Origin: Flavobacteriaceae bacterium
GTDB taxonomy: Bacteria > Bacteroidota > Bacteroidia > Flavobacteriales > Flavobacteriaceae
Assembly (NCBI GenBank): GCA_038143795.1
Contig: JAYQMQ010000002.1
Span: forward strand, 487,105 to 551,104
DNA: 64,000 nt
Direction of reading: 5' to 3'
A program made the translations under genes and the position numbers. Shown here piece after piece: positions 22,206 through 33,597 of this stretch. Numbering within the stretch: position 1 is the stretch's first letter; each line of letters begins with the position of its first letter. Under the pieces are notes generated by a model. It was not told where the DNA came from. It ran no database searches and saw nothing but the letters and a program-made list of their open reading frames with translations.

Positions 22206-23035
22206 TTAAAGATTTTGAATTATTCTCGCTCCCAATAATAGAAGCATGAGTTTCAAGATAAGTGAGCACCTGCTCGTGATTTTTTTTTCGAAAAGCGTCA
22301 TCTATGGGATAATTTTCTTGGGCTCCGGTTATAAATTCATATACCTCAGGTTCCTCTATCAAATAATTATTCATAAGAAATTGGACACCGTAAAATTTAA
22401 TTATTTGATAGGTGGTTTCGAACCGAGCTTCCCATTGTCTTCTTCTCTTTAAGTTTTTGTAATAACCCGAAAAATGCTTGTAGGCAGCCTCTATATTAAT
22501 CCTCTCTGACAAAGGCAACAAAAGTGTATTGAGCAGCAGAGTTTTTTTGGACACGATCTTTTCTTCACGTTTCCCCCGTAGCTGGGGCATATTTAAGAAT
22601 AAAAATTTACTGGATCTTTAATTTCAGGGTTTGTTAGATCGCGACTGACGTCTCCCGTAGATTGTAAGCGCGAACCACTACTTCATCTAATTGGTTGACA
22701 AAAGGTTCAAGATAGACAGTGAGTTTTGACGCTTTAAAAAGAGAGCGCTCAATGGGAATCACTTTGGGCTTAAATTGAACTGCTGAGAACAAAATGATGT
22801 CACCAGGAGAAACAACTACTTCAAATTCGCCATCGGCATTAGTAATAGACGCTATCCCTTTAGTTTTATTCAGTATGTGAATGCCGCTAACTGATAGGAA
22901 TCATTCACCACTTTTTCCAGATAGTTCTTTAAACTCTTGAGACCAAAGTAGTGAACTACTAAGATAAAGAGTACAATCCCTAGTAGGGAGCTGCTATAAC
23001 TGAGATAGATAGGCCTCGCTTTCATTGATCAAATA
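22195..23035 (-). CDS. carboxypeptidase-regulatory-like (CarboxypepD_reg) domain protein, paralogue B, interrupted
   Basis: ILNKTKGIASITNADGEFEVVVSPGDIILFSAVQFKPKVI, then a C-terminal region in ORF 22195-22590. Confidence 0.55.
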
Positions 23036-23716
23036 GTCAATGAGTTCAAATTCTTTGCTTTTATTAAGAAGGTCTTGTGGGGGCAGACGCTCATCAATAT
23101 ATTCCAAAAATCCAACCACTTGATCTTTTTCTAAAGACAAGGTATAGATGAAAAAACTGTCCTCAAATAAATAAGGTAGTACACGGCTGGGGGTCAGAGT
23201 TTTCTTTCTTGAGCCGATTTACCTTGAGAAGCAGTTTTACAGCTAGCTTAGCCACATTGACAAAGTTTATACCATTGGTTAAACGAGGTTCATCCATCGC
23301 TGTATTCTGAATTTTTAGTAGACTTATCCTGCTTGTAATCGTAACCTTTGAATTCTTCATTTTTAAGATCCATAAATTGATCTGTGTCTTCCGGAGTAAC
23401 TACGATCTCTTCCAAAGCCCGAATTTTCTCATTGACCGTTACGATCAAACGCTTGTTTCATAATCTCAGGGGTGATAGTAACCACCCGTATGGTATACTG
23501 AACCGAGGAAAAAACAAGCTCATCTCCAGAGCTGCTTCAATTTCAAATCCCCCATTACTGTCAGTTATAGTGCTTCGTTGTGCAGTGTTATTGATTACAT
23601 TGGCTGCAACTACATTCGTATTTCTATAAATTAATTTGCCTTGAATATAGTCTCGCTTTTGAGCATTGGCTCCAAAAAAAAAGAATAGTATTATTGAAGG
23701 AAATCCACTGCTTCAT
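22994..23716 (-). CDS. carboxypeptidase-regulatory-like domain protein, paralogue A, interrupted
   Basis: MKQWISF...GANAQKRDYIQGKLIYRNTNVVAANVINNTAQRSTITDSNGGFEIEA with the same architecture as its neighbour. Several frame changes. Confidence 0.55.
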
Positions 23717-23781
23717 TTCTTAAAGATAGACGCAGGAAACCAATTATGAAAAAATGAGGGGAAATTTAAGAAAAGAATTTG

Positions 23782-23853
23782 AGCGGGAGACCGTTCGAAC
23801 CGGCGACATTCAGCTTGGAAGGCTGACGCTCTACCAACTGAGCTACCTCCCGC
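23782..23853 (-). tRNA. tRNA-Trp (anticodon CCA), non-canonical as written
   Basis: Reverse complement GCGGGAGGTAGCTCAGTTGGTAGAGCGTCAGCCTTCCAAGCTGAATGTCGCCGGTTCGAACGGTCTCCCGC. Anticodon stem TCAGC/GCTGA with loop CTTCCAA. The T arm is only 15 nt (4-bp stem), and there is one extra G after the acceptor 5' strand. Confidence 0.8.
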
Positions 23854-23889
23854 ATGGGGCCAAATATATCATTTTTTTATTTTGTAGGT

Positions 23890-24335
23890 GTGAAGTATGC
23901 CATCCAAGAAGTTCTCGCTAAAGACACCATACCCATTCGACATCAAATGCTTCGACAAGGACTACCCGTCTCCAGTTGTCATTTTGAAAAGGACAATGAT
24001 CCCCAATCCCACCATCATGGCCCTTTATGGGATATCAAATGGTAGGAATTCTTTCGTCCATTGAAAATGAATGTGATGAATTTTTGGGTCAGCATGCATA
24101 TCAGTTTAGAGGAATGGCGGTATTGGAAGCTTTTCAACACCAAGGGATTGCGAGCCGACTCCTTGTTGAAGCCGAAGAACAACTCCAAAAAAAATACCAG
24201 CCAGATTTATTATGGCTGAACGCACGAGTTCACGCTCAAAAGCTATATCAAATTCTTGGCTACTCCCGCGTGGGAAAAGAATTTAATATTCCAACGGCAG
24301 GTCCTCATATCCGATTTTATAAATGCAACTCATGA
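23890..24335 (+). CDS. GNAT family N-acetyltransferase, one frame break
   Basis: QFRGMAVLEAFQHQGIASRLL acetyl-CoA motif in ORF 24027-24335. The N-terminal half is in ORF 23854-24045. The GTG start is a guess. Confidence 0.7.
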
Positions 24336-24941
24336 TTTATAATGTTTTCTTCTTTTTTCTAATTGTTTGGTCGGCAGTGGGTCAGGAAACAATCGTTTGA
24401 TGAAGCTCAATTATTAGGAAAAAAAAACATGGTCATAGAAGGGGCTGAATACCAACTTTTAAGCGAAGTCATTCAAGCTTTTGAAAAAATGAAAAAGGCA
24501 GCGTTATTGGTTGGAATTGACATTAAAGTGGTCTCTGGCTTTCGTTCCTATGAGCGTCAAAGAGCCATTTGGAATGGCAAATACAAAGCCAACAGACAGG
24601 CGGGGCTTTCTCCAGAAGAAAATATTCAAAAAATCATTGAATACTCTACCTTACCCGGAACCTCCAGACATCATTGGGGGAACTGAAATTGATATCATCG
24701 ATGGAACAGTTCAATCTCAAGAGTGATGTTCTGCTTACAGAAAAAATTTCACGAAGGAGGCCCTTATGAACCGCTCCGTGTTTGGCTGGAAGAAAAATGC
24801 GGCAACCTTTGGATTTATTTGTGCGTATCAGACCAACTCCAACGCACTGGATTTAATTACGAACCTTGGCACTACAGTTATGCTCCTATATCTAGACCTT
24901 TATACCGTGCCTATTTGGATATCGACTTGAAAGGGTATTAA
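24332..24941 (+). CDS. M15 family D-alanyl-D-alanine carboxypeptidase-like peptidase, interrupted
   Basis: ATGA overlap with the GNAT stop. VVSGFRSYERQRAIW and SRHHWG motifs, then EPWHYSY in ORF 24723-24941. Confidence 0.7.
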
Positions 24942-25031
24942 TGGATTCAGATTTGGAGGGCAGTAGCTATCTTACAAAACATTTTTTGGACCGTTACAAG
25001 ACCAGTCATATTATGGGAATCCATCCTGCAC

Positions 25032-25252
25032 TCAAATAACTGGCGGAAATACTTTTTGGTATTGTTGCACTCTAAAATCAATGGTATTGAATTTTGGCTG
25101 AACAGCTTTTTGAGCATTGTATGCATCCATAGCCCCTACTGCACGTTTTGCCGCTTCAGAAGGAGTCGTGAGTGAATAGGTAAGAACGGCGTTGCTGAAA
25201 GGTAAACGAATGTTGTCCGGGTACAGCGCAGCCGCTTATTTTGTCTACTCAT
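25032..25252 (-). CDS. hypothetical ~72-aa protein visible only after one frame change
   Basis: Hand translation gives MSRQNKAAALYPDNIRLPFSNAVLTYSLTTPSEAAKRAVGAMDAYNAQKAVQPKFNTIDFRVQQYQKVFPPVI. It is absent from the ORF track. No family recognised. Confidence 0.3.
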
Positions 25253-25277
25253 GAGAATTTATTTAGGGATTTGGGGC

Positions 25278-26053
25278 CTATGGAAAATCTATCGAACAAA
25301 AACAGGTTTTCAAAGGATCTGAGGTGTTCGCTTCGCTATATTGATAGCCGCCCTCATCGAAGTGCAAAATTTCTTCTCTTCTCTCACATTTATTTTTGAC
25401 TAAATAACGTGCCATCATTCCTCTTGCCTTTTTGGCGAAAAAAGAAATTGTTTTGAGGGTGCCGTTTTTGTAATCTTTGAATTGAGGGTGAAGCAATTGT
25501 CCCTTTAAAGATTGGGTATCAATTGCAGCGAAATATTCGATACTCGGCCAAGTTAACTACCCATTCATCTAGCTCCAATTCATCATTCAAATAAGAGCTG
25601 AGCTTGGGTTTCCAAAAAGCGATTAAGCTTTTCTTATTCCCCTACAGGGAATTTAGTTCCCATTTCCAATCGGTATGCTTGAATCAAGTCCATGGGTTTG
25701 AGAATACCATACAAACCAGAAAGGATACGCACTCGATCCTGAAGGGCTTGGTAGTGTTTGTTGTCTAGCGACTCTACATCCAATCCTTGATATACATCTC
25801 CGTCGAAGAAGAAAGCTGCTGGACGGGCGTTTTCTTTCGAAAAAGGAAAGGAGAATTTATGATTTCGTTCAAAATTGAGCGATGCAAGGTCATCGGATAT
25901 ATTCATCAATTTGGATAGAGCACGAACGGATTTCTTTTGCAACAATTTGTTGATTTTAGTTGCTTCTTGTCCAAAGGCAATTTCGCTGTATTCATAGGTA
26001 GGGATCGGTCGATCCAGATTCATTGACTTGGCGGGAGAAAGAAGAATCTTCAT
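25278..26053 (-). CDS. yaaA: peroxide stress protein YaaA (DUF328), interrupted
   Basis: MKILLSPAKSMNLD start within ORF 25634-26119. The C-terminal part is in ORF 25278-25496. Confidence 0.8.
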
Positions 26054-26085
26054 ATCGTTTTCTTCAAAGGTAAAACTTTCTTGGC

Positions 26086-27124
26086 TTATGTCAACTTGTG
26101 TTTTACATACTGTTGCCATTTGGAAAGAACCGTTAAAAAATCTCCTGGCAAAGGAGCTTCATAATGTACTTTCTCTCCCGATCTAGGGTGTATGAATCCA
26201 AGGGTTCGGGCGTGTAATGCTTGGCGAGGCATCAGTGTAAAACAATTGTCTACAAATTGTTTATACTTGGTAAAGTGTGTTCCTTTAAGCAATACATCCC
26301 CACCGTAGCGTGCATCATTGAACAAGGGATGCCCCAGATATTTCATGTGCGCTCTGATTTGGTGGGTACGCCCCTGTTTCCAGCTTGCACTTTATTAATG
26401 TTAGGTAGCGAAGGCGTTCGATAACTTCATAATGGGTTACCGCTTTTTTACCTTGATCACCATTGGGGAAAACAGTCATTTGTAATCTGTTTTTGGGGTG
26501 TCTTCCAATGAATTCGTCAATGGTTCCCTTGTCCTCAACTACATCACTCCACACTAGGGCAATATACTCTCTCTCCGAGCTTTTGTCGAAGAACTGTTGA
26601 GCTAGATGGGTCATCGCTGACTCCGTTTTGGCAATTACAAGCAAACCGCTGGTGTCTTTGTCAATACGATGTACTAGACCTGGCCGCTCTTGGCTATTAG
26701 TTGGTAAATTGTTAAAGTGATGCAGTAAGGCATTGACCAAAGTACCAGAATAGTTTCCATGGCCAGGGTGTACAACCATACCTGCTGGTTTATTTATGAT
26801 GACTAAAGTGTCGTCTTCAAAGACAATATCTAGCGGTATTTCTTCAGCAATCAACAGATTTTCATGAGGAGGGTGATGAAAAAGAACCTTGATTTCATCC
26901 CCTCCTTTAACTTTGTAATTGGACTTAACCACTTGATCATTGGCAAAAATACACCCAACCTTAGCCGCTTGTTGAATTTTGTTCCGTGTAGCGTTCTCAA
27001 TTCGATTCATTAAATACCTATCTATTCGAAGCGGCTCTTGTCCAGCATCGGCTCGAAACCGATAATGTTCATAAAGCGGAGAATCCAAAGTAAAGCGTTT
27101 AGATTTGGAATTATCGTTTTCCAT
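26086..27124 (-). CDS. rluD: RluA-family 23S rRNA pseudouridine synthase (RluD-like), one frame break
   Basis: S4-like N-terminus, HRIDKDTSGLLVIAK catalytic motif in ORF 26315-27124, C-terminus in ORF 26086-26346. Confidence 0.85.
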
Positions 27125-27657
27125 TTCCCAATACTATATCGATAGGTGTCGTTTTTGGAAGCACTGTTCCGGTGCAATTTTTTTACCTTCATACCGCATC
27201 TCAAGCACCATGTTTTTACCAATATTATTTCGATAGGTGGTCTTTCCAATAGTCAATCCAACCGACTTAAGAATAGAAGCAGCGTTTCGTTTCGTTATTT
27301 GAATAATATTTGGAACACTCACTTTTCTGAAGTCTGATGGGTTTATGGTCAAATATATTTTTGCGATTTGTCTTCACAGCTTCCTGAAGTGGATTCTGTT
27401 CTATAATGGCTAGAGGGTAATGAAGGATTGTATTTTAGCAGAGTCTAATACTTCCATACGCAGCTGTTGCTTTTGCGAACTTCTTTTGCCTCGGCAAGCT
27501 GAAGATTCAGCAGATTGGGTACTTCTTGCGTTTGTCCGTTATGAGTCCAGGTATCAAGAATTTCAAGTGTCAAAACAATCAACCCCAATCCAGTTAATCC
27601 AGCAAGGAGCAATTGTTTCAAAAAAAAACGGCTAAAGAGAAAGCGCAAAAAAATCAT
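27111..27657 (-). CDS. membrane-anchored stand-alone PASTA-domain protein, interrupted
   Basis: A TM segment (LLLAGLTGLGLIVLTL) is followed by two VPN(L/I)-initiated repeats (EVPNLLNLQLAEAKEV..., VSVPNIIQITKRNAASILKSVGLTIG...). About 4 frame changes. The upstream part of ORF 27445-27858 is not part of the gene. Confidence 0.6.
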
Positions 27658-27732
27658 GCAGTCAATTTTGCAGTAAAGATAGTAAAAAGCATAGCGAAAG
27701 AATTGCCTACCTTTGATACAAAGCAGATGTAT

Positions 27733-28718
27733 ATGTCGAACCCAATTATCGGTATTGCTTGTCATGGCTATTCCTCTGAAGCAGAAATTTCCATGCAAAG
27801 TGCTCAAACGGTGAGGGAACATCTTGAAAAATCTTTTGACGCTGTTTTTTTCCTTCAAATAAAATCAAATAAATGGATTATTCTAGACGGTAATGGAGAA
27901 AAGCAATCCGTTCCCGTTGGAACGTTTGAATTTGAATACCAAGGAAAAACGCTACGATTTGATGTGATTTTCAATGCGCTCCACGGGAGTCCAGGAGAAG
28001 ATGGTAAATTGGCTGCATTATTGGATTTTGAAAAGATTCCACACACTAGTTGCGCCATGTATCCAGCAGCATTGACTTTCAATAAAAGAGATTGAATTGC
28101 AATGTCACGAAATCTCGGAGTGCCCACGGCTCCTTCGGTATTGTTAGATAAAGGAGATGTCATTGACCTAAAGGCCATAATAAACGCGGTTGGTCTTCCT
28201 TGCTTTGTCAAAGCCAATAGATCTGGTAGTAGTTTTGGTGTTTTCAAAGCCTCAACATTACAGGAGCTTGAAGAGTCGATTCCCAAAGCCTTGGAAGAAG
28301 ACACTCAATTGCTTATTGAACAAGCCTTGGAAGGGCGTGAAATTTCCTTAGGGGTAGTGCGACTAAAAAACAAAATAACAGTACTTCCCCTACCGAAATC
28401 ATCACTGAAAATGATTTCTTTGATTATGCAGCAAAATACAGGGGAGAATCAAAAGAGATTACACCTGCTGATATTCCTGAAGCATGGCAAAGACAGCTCT
28501 CTCATTGGGGACAATTGCTATACGACAAACTGGGACTAGTAGGGATCACACGATCCGATTTTATCTTTGTGGAGGGTACGCCGCATCTATTGGAAATTAA
28601 TACTGTTCCTGGCATGACCCAAGCCAGTATCATTCCGCAACAATGTGCTGCAGCTGGATTGAGTCTTCAGGAGTTATTTTGTGAATTGGTAAATGAAGCA
28701 CTTCAAAGAAATCCATAA
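27733..28718 (+). CDS. ddl: D-alanine--D-alanine ligase, interrupted
   Basis: SSEAEISMQSA, NALHGSPGEDGKL, PCFVKANRSGSSFGV and LLEINTVPGMT motifs are spread over ORFs 27613-28095, 28102-28539 and 28515-28718. Confidence 0.85.
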
Positions 28719-28737
28719 TTTTGTATAAAACATTCGT

Positions 28738-29193
<456 letters not shown>

Positions 29194-29799
29194 GACCCCT
29201 TTTTTGTTCAAAATGGATTTTAATATTCTCGTAGGCATTATCGAGTAGTTGGGATATTTCCTCCTTCGATTTCCATTCCGCCTTTTTAATCCCTTCCTCC
29301 AATTGAGGCTGTAATCTTCCTCTAAAGTCAGTTTTCATTAAAAACCAATAAGTTTTTTTTCAAACGATGCTTCCCTTTTCGAGCAAAAATATGATAGGTG
29401 ATTGGTAATGGCTTTAAAATAATTAAGTTCGTTACCCCAGTTTCTTCAGTAACCTCTCGAATAGCCGCATCCAAAATAAATTCTTTCTTTTCTATTCTCC
29501 CCTTGGGCAAATCCCATTTTCCATTTCTGAATATCATTAGTATACGCCCGTTGGAATGCTTCACCAATCCTCCAGCTGCCTGGACGACAGGGAAGTGTTT
29601 TACAAAGTGCTTCCACAGCTTTTCCTCATCTTTATGATAGAGGTATACGGCTTTAATTTTGGAGGATTTCAGTGCTTTTAGAATAAAAATTTTGGCACTG
29701 TATTTAATATGAAATAGAGGGGTCGAGTCGGTATTGATTTTACGAGAGCTCGTTAAATAAATAGGCTTATGGTTGAAAAAAACTTTATACATTTGACCC

Positions 29800-30468
29800 A
29801 TGATTTATGATATGCAAACGGCTACAAAAACAGCCGAGCACCTCCTACAAATTAATGCAATAAAATTGAGTCCAAAAAATCCGTTTACTTGGGCCAGTGG
29901 ATGGCAATCCCCAATTTATTGCGACAATAGAGTGAGCCTTTCCTTTCCAGAAATCCGTTCTTTTTTAGCACAAGAAATAGCAAGTCAGCTCACAGCTCTT
30001 TATGGACGGGACATAGTGATTGCTGGTGTTGCCACAGGAGCCATTGGAATAGGAATGCTTGTGGCCCATCAGATGAATCTCCCTTTCGTTTACATTCGTC
30101 CGGAAACGAAAAAGCATGGTCGACAAAATCAGATCGAAGGGCACCTTCAGCAAGCCTCCAAAGTGGTGGTAGTTGAGGACTTGATCAGTACCGGTAAAAG
30201 TAGCCTTAAAGCCGTTGATGCCCTGAGAAGAGCACAGACAGAGGTGCTTGGTATGATTGCATTGTTCACCTATGGTTTTCCCACAGCAGTCGAGAACTTT
30301 AAAGAAGCTGCAGTCAAATTGTATACCCTATCGGACTATTCCACCCTTATAGCTGTGGCTAAGCAAGAAATGGCTATTGACGACACAGAATTGGAATTGT
30401 TAAAAAATGGAGAGAAAACCCCTCAGAATGGGAATCGAATGCTTAATAAATTAATTTCAGAAGCTTAG
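29800..30468 (+). CDS. pyrE: orotate phosphoribosyltransferase
   Basis: Intact ORF with FTWASGWQSPIYCDNR and VVVVEDLISTGKSS PRPP-binding motifs. Confidence 0.9.
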   Translation: MIYDMQTATKTAEHLLQINAIKLSPKNPFTWASGWQSPIYCDNRVSLSFPEIRSFLAQEIASQLTALYGRDIVIAGVATGAIGIGMLVAHQMNLPFVYIRPETKKHGRQNQIEGHLQQASKVVVVEDLISTGKSSLKAVDALRRAQTEVLGMIALFTYGFPTAVENFKEAAVKLYTLSDYSTLIAVAKQEMAIDDTELELLKNGEKTPQNGNRMLNKLISEA

Positions 30469-30528
30469 AGTTATTGAATATTTCTATTTCTCCAGATTGC
30501 CATTCCAATTGGAGGGCACCAGAAGGGT

Positions 30529-31182
30529 TTACTCCAATAATTTTCCTTTGCGTTTTTTATTCTTGTACTCAAACATGTACCATTGCTCATATCCATATAG
30601 GTTTTCGATATAGGTTCTTTGAATTTCTTCTACAACTTGATTATTCAATGAGAGGAAAAAAGCTTCAATTTCCTGAAGCAGTTTTTCAAAAAGAACATTA
30701 CGATCCAGTTCTTTTCCGAGCAGAAGTGACAATGAACTGGCCTGAGAATAGCCCGAAAAGTCGGATTGATTCACATTTATACCTATTCCAACTATGGTGG
30801 ATTTTAACTCCTTTCCTTGGAGATAATTCTCAATGAGAATTCCTGCCACTTTTGAGTTACCTGACAAAATGTCGTTTGGCCATTTTATTTTAATTGCTGG
30901 AATTTCATAGGATCTAAGAACCCTAACAAGAGCCAAACAAACTCCCTTGTTAACTTGGAAATGATCTAACACCCCAAAAGGTAATTCTGGCCAGAACACA
31001 CTGAAAGTAAGGTTTTTCCCTTTCTGAGATTCCCAACGGTTGGCAAATTGTCCTCTCCCTTCTGTTTGATGCTCGGCACAAACAACACTGGGGACACTTG
31101 CTTCATTTTTTGAGATGCGTTTTTTTAACACTTCGTTGGTCGAGGTGGTGGCATCAAGTTTGTGTATTTTGAATGCAGTCAA
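30529..31182 (-). CDS. birA: biotin--[acetyl-CoA-carboxylase] ligase (no HTH domain)
   Basis: Intact ORF with QTEGRGQFANRWES and KWPNDIL motifs. Confidence 0.85.
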   Translation of the reverse strand: MTAFKIHKLDATTSTNEVLKKRISKNEASVPSVVCAEHQTEGRGQFANRWESQKGKNLTFSVFWPELPFGVLDHFQVNKGVCLALVRVLRSYEIPAIKIKWPNDILSGNSKVAGILIENYLQGKELKSTIVGIGINVNQSDFSGYSQASSLSLLLGKELDRNVLFEKLLQEIEAFFLSLNNQVVEEIQRTYIENLYGYEQWYMFEYKNKKRKGKLLE

Positions 31183-31239
31183 GTATTTGTGTATCGGGGG
31201 TATTTATTGTGTAAATTTGTGTAAAATTAAGGATTTTTA

Positions 31240-31608
31240 ATGGCAAAAAAGAACCGGGAAGAAGATGAATTGAGGAGAACAATTATAGCGGGTATTGAAG
31301 AAGTAAAAGGCCTTGATATTCACCTGTTAGATTTGAGAGAGATTGAAAATACGGTTTGCAGTTATTTTGTGGTTTGTTCGGGAACGTCCAATACACATGT
31401 AGCAGCCATTGTCAACTCGATAAGTAAAACAGTAAGTAAAACCTTTACGCGAAAACCCTACCACATAGAAGGTGAATCTGTGGCTGAATGGGTTTTGATA
31501 GATTATGTAAATATTGTAGTTCATGTTTTCCAACGTCACATTCGTGATCATTACAACATCGAAGGACTGTGGGGAGATGCTGTTACTACAGAAATCGCTA
31601 TGAAATAA
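31240..31608 (+). CDS. rsfS: ribosome silencing factor RsfS
   Basis: Intact 122-aa ORF with the pattern DYFVVCSGTSNTHV...WVLIDYVNIVVHVF. Confidence 0.85.
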   Translation: MAKKNREEDELRRTIIAGIEEVKGLDIHLLDLREIENTVCSYFVVCSGTSNTHVAAIVNSISKTVSKTFTRKPYHIEGESVAEWVLIDYVNIVVHVFQRHIRDHYNIEGLWGDAVTTEIAMK

Positions 31609-31614
31609 AAAAGA

Positions 31615-33582
31615 ATGAGTAAAAACAAGAAACCAGTACCACAGAAGTTTAATCCCTATTGGATATATGGCATTGTTATCGTACTCCTGCTGAGCATGAG
31701 TTTTTTTGGTGGGGACAACAATTGGCAGAACCTCAACAAGATTAACATCGGTGAATTTGAACGTTACTTGAATGACGGTGACGTTGATGAGGTTGTTGTT
31801 GTCAATAAAAACCTCGCTCAAATTACCTTAAATCAAGACGCACTCAATAAGAAAATTCACGAAAGAGTTACAAAAAAGAATTTCCTTGGCCAGGACAACA
31901 ATAAGGGACCTCATTATCAATTCGAAGTAGGTAACTTGGAATTGTTTCAGCGTAAATTAGAAAAAGCAGAAAATAATGATATAGTTTTTAACTACGAATT
32001 TGTTACAATCGAAAACCGTTGGATGGATGTTCTTGTAAGTTTTCTTCCCATATTATTAATAGTTGGTGTCTGGATCTTTTTGATGCGTCGAATGTCTGGC
32101 GGTGGTGCTGGTGGCGCAGGAGGTCAAATTTTCAATATTGGAAAATCAAAGGCCAAATTGTTTGACCAAAACACCGATGTTAAGGTTACTTTTAAAGATG
32201 TTGCAGGTTTGGAAGGGGCCAAAGAAGAGGTTCAGGAAATTGTCGATTTTCTAAAAAACCCAACGAAATACACCAAATTAGGAGGTAAAATCCCCAAAGG
32301 AGCCCTTCTTGTAGGTTCACCAGGCACCGGTAAAACATTATTAGCCAAAGCCGTTGCTGGAGAAGCAAAGGTTCCTTTCTTTTCCCTTTCGGGTTCAGAT
32401 TTTGTGGAAATGTTTGTCGGTGTGGGAGCTTCTCGTGTTCGAGACCTTTTCAAACAAGCTAAAGATAAATCTCCTGCCATCATATTTATTGATGAAATCG
32501 ATGCTATTGGTCGTGCAAGAGGAAGAAATAACATAACAGGATCCAATGACGAACGAGAAAACACCCTCAATCAATTACTGACAGAAATGGATGGTTTTGG
32601 AACTAAAACCAATGTTATTGTATTGGCGGCCACCAACAGAGCCGATGTCCTTGACAAGGCACTGATGCGTGCCGGTCGTTTTGATCGTCAAATTTATGTA
32701 GATCTCCCAGATTTGAATGAACGCCATGAAATATTTAAAGTTCATTTAGCTCCATTGAAAGTAATTAAAACCTTGGATTTTGAATTTTTAGCCAAGCAGA
32801 CGCCTGGATTCTCGGGAGCCGATATTGCCAACGTATGTAACGAGGCAGCACTAATTGCAGCTAGAAAAAACAAGAAATCTGTTGGTAAGCAAGATTTTTT
32901 AGATGCGGTAGATAGAATTGTTGGAGGATTAGAAAAGAAAAATAAAATCATCACCCAAGAAGAAAAGAAAACAATTGCCTTTCATGAGGCCGGACACGCT
33001 CTAACCAGTTGGTTACTCGAATACGCCGCTCCGCTTGTTAAAGTAACTATAGTGCCACGAGGACAATCACTGGGGGCGGCCTGGTATCTACCAGAAGAAC
33101 GGATGATTGTTCGAACCGAACAATTGTTGGACGAAATGTGTGCCGCATTGGGTGGACGTGCTGCAGAGAAAATCACCTTTAATAAAATTTCAACAGGAGC
33201 TTTAAGCGACCTGGAAAAAGTCACTAAACAAGCTCGTGCTATGGTTTCTGTATATGGTCTCAACGATAATATTGGGAATATTACCTATTACGATTCTTCT
33301 GGCCAAACAGACTATAATTTTTCAAAACCTTATTCCGACGAAACTGCCAAGGTTATCGACAACGAAATCTCAAAAATAATTGAATCTCAGTACAAGCGTG
33401 CTTGCCAGATTTTGAAACAAAACAAAACCAAATTGAACGCTCTCGCAGAGCGCCTTTTGGAAAAAGAAGTTATCTTTAAAGACGATTTGATAGAATTGCT
33501 AGGAGAACGTCCGTTTAAAAAAGTAGAGATGGTGGATAACAAGTCCAAAAGAACGACCAAAAAGAAGATGCCATCGAAATAA
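31615..33582 (+). CDS. ftsH: ATP-dependent zinc metalloprotease FtsH
   Basis: Intact 655-aa ORF with GPPGTGKT-type Walker A ([13 protein letters not shown]), SRH region and HEAGHAL zinc motif. Confidence 0.95.
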   Translation: MSKNKKPVPQKFNPYWIYGIVIVLLLSMSFFGGDNNWQNLNKINIGEFERYLNDGDVDEVVVVNKNLAQITLNQDALNKKIHERVTKKNFLGQDNNKGPHYQFEVGNLELFQRKLEKAENNDIVFNYEFVTIENRWMDVLVSFLPILLIVGVWIFLMRRMSGGGAGGAGGQIFNIGKSKAKLFDQNTDVKVTFKDVAGLEGAKEEVQEIVDFLKNPTKYTKLGGKIPKGALLVGSPGTGKTLLAKAVAGEAKVPFFSLSGSDFVEMFVGVGASRVRDLFKQAKDKSPAIIFIDEIDAIGRARGRNNITGSNDERENTLNQLLTEMDGFGTKTNVIVLAATNRADVLDKALMRAGRFDRQIYVDLPDLNERHEIFKVHLAPLKVIKTLDFEFLAKQTPGFSGADIANVCNEAALIAARKNKKSVGKQDFLDAVDRIVGGLEKKNKIITQEEKKTIAFHEAGHALTSWLLEYAAPLVKVTIVPRGQSLGAAWYLPEERMIVRTEQLLDEMCAALGGRAAEKITFNKISTGALSDLEKVTKQARAMVSVYGLNDNIGNITYYDSSGQTDYNFSKPYSDETAKVIDNEISKIIESQYKRACQILKQNKTKLNALAERLLEKEVIFKDDLIELLGERPFKKVEMVDNKSKRTTKKKMPSK

Positions 33583-33597
33583 ACTAAGACAGGTGTT

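Noticed and set aside
31327-31821. 164-aa minus-strand ORF overlapping rsfS and the ftsH start. Similar long antisense ORFs occur at 33387-33941, 52319-52831, 27855-28304, 37865-38224, 9192-9563 and 30474-30836.
   Set aside because: Each lies entirely antisense to a gene with strong family motifs. Their sequences are low-complexity and rich in S/L/F/K, with no recognisable motif. They are shadow ORFs of the real genes.
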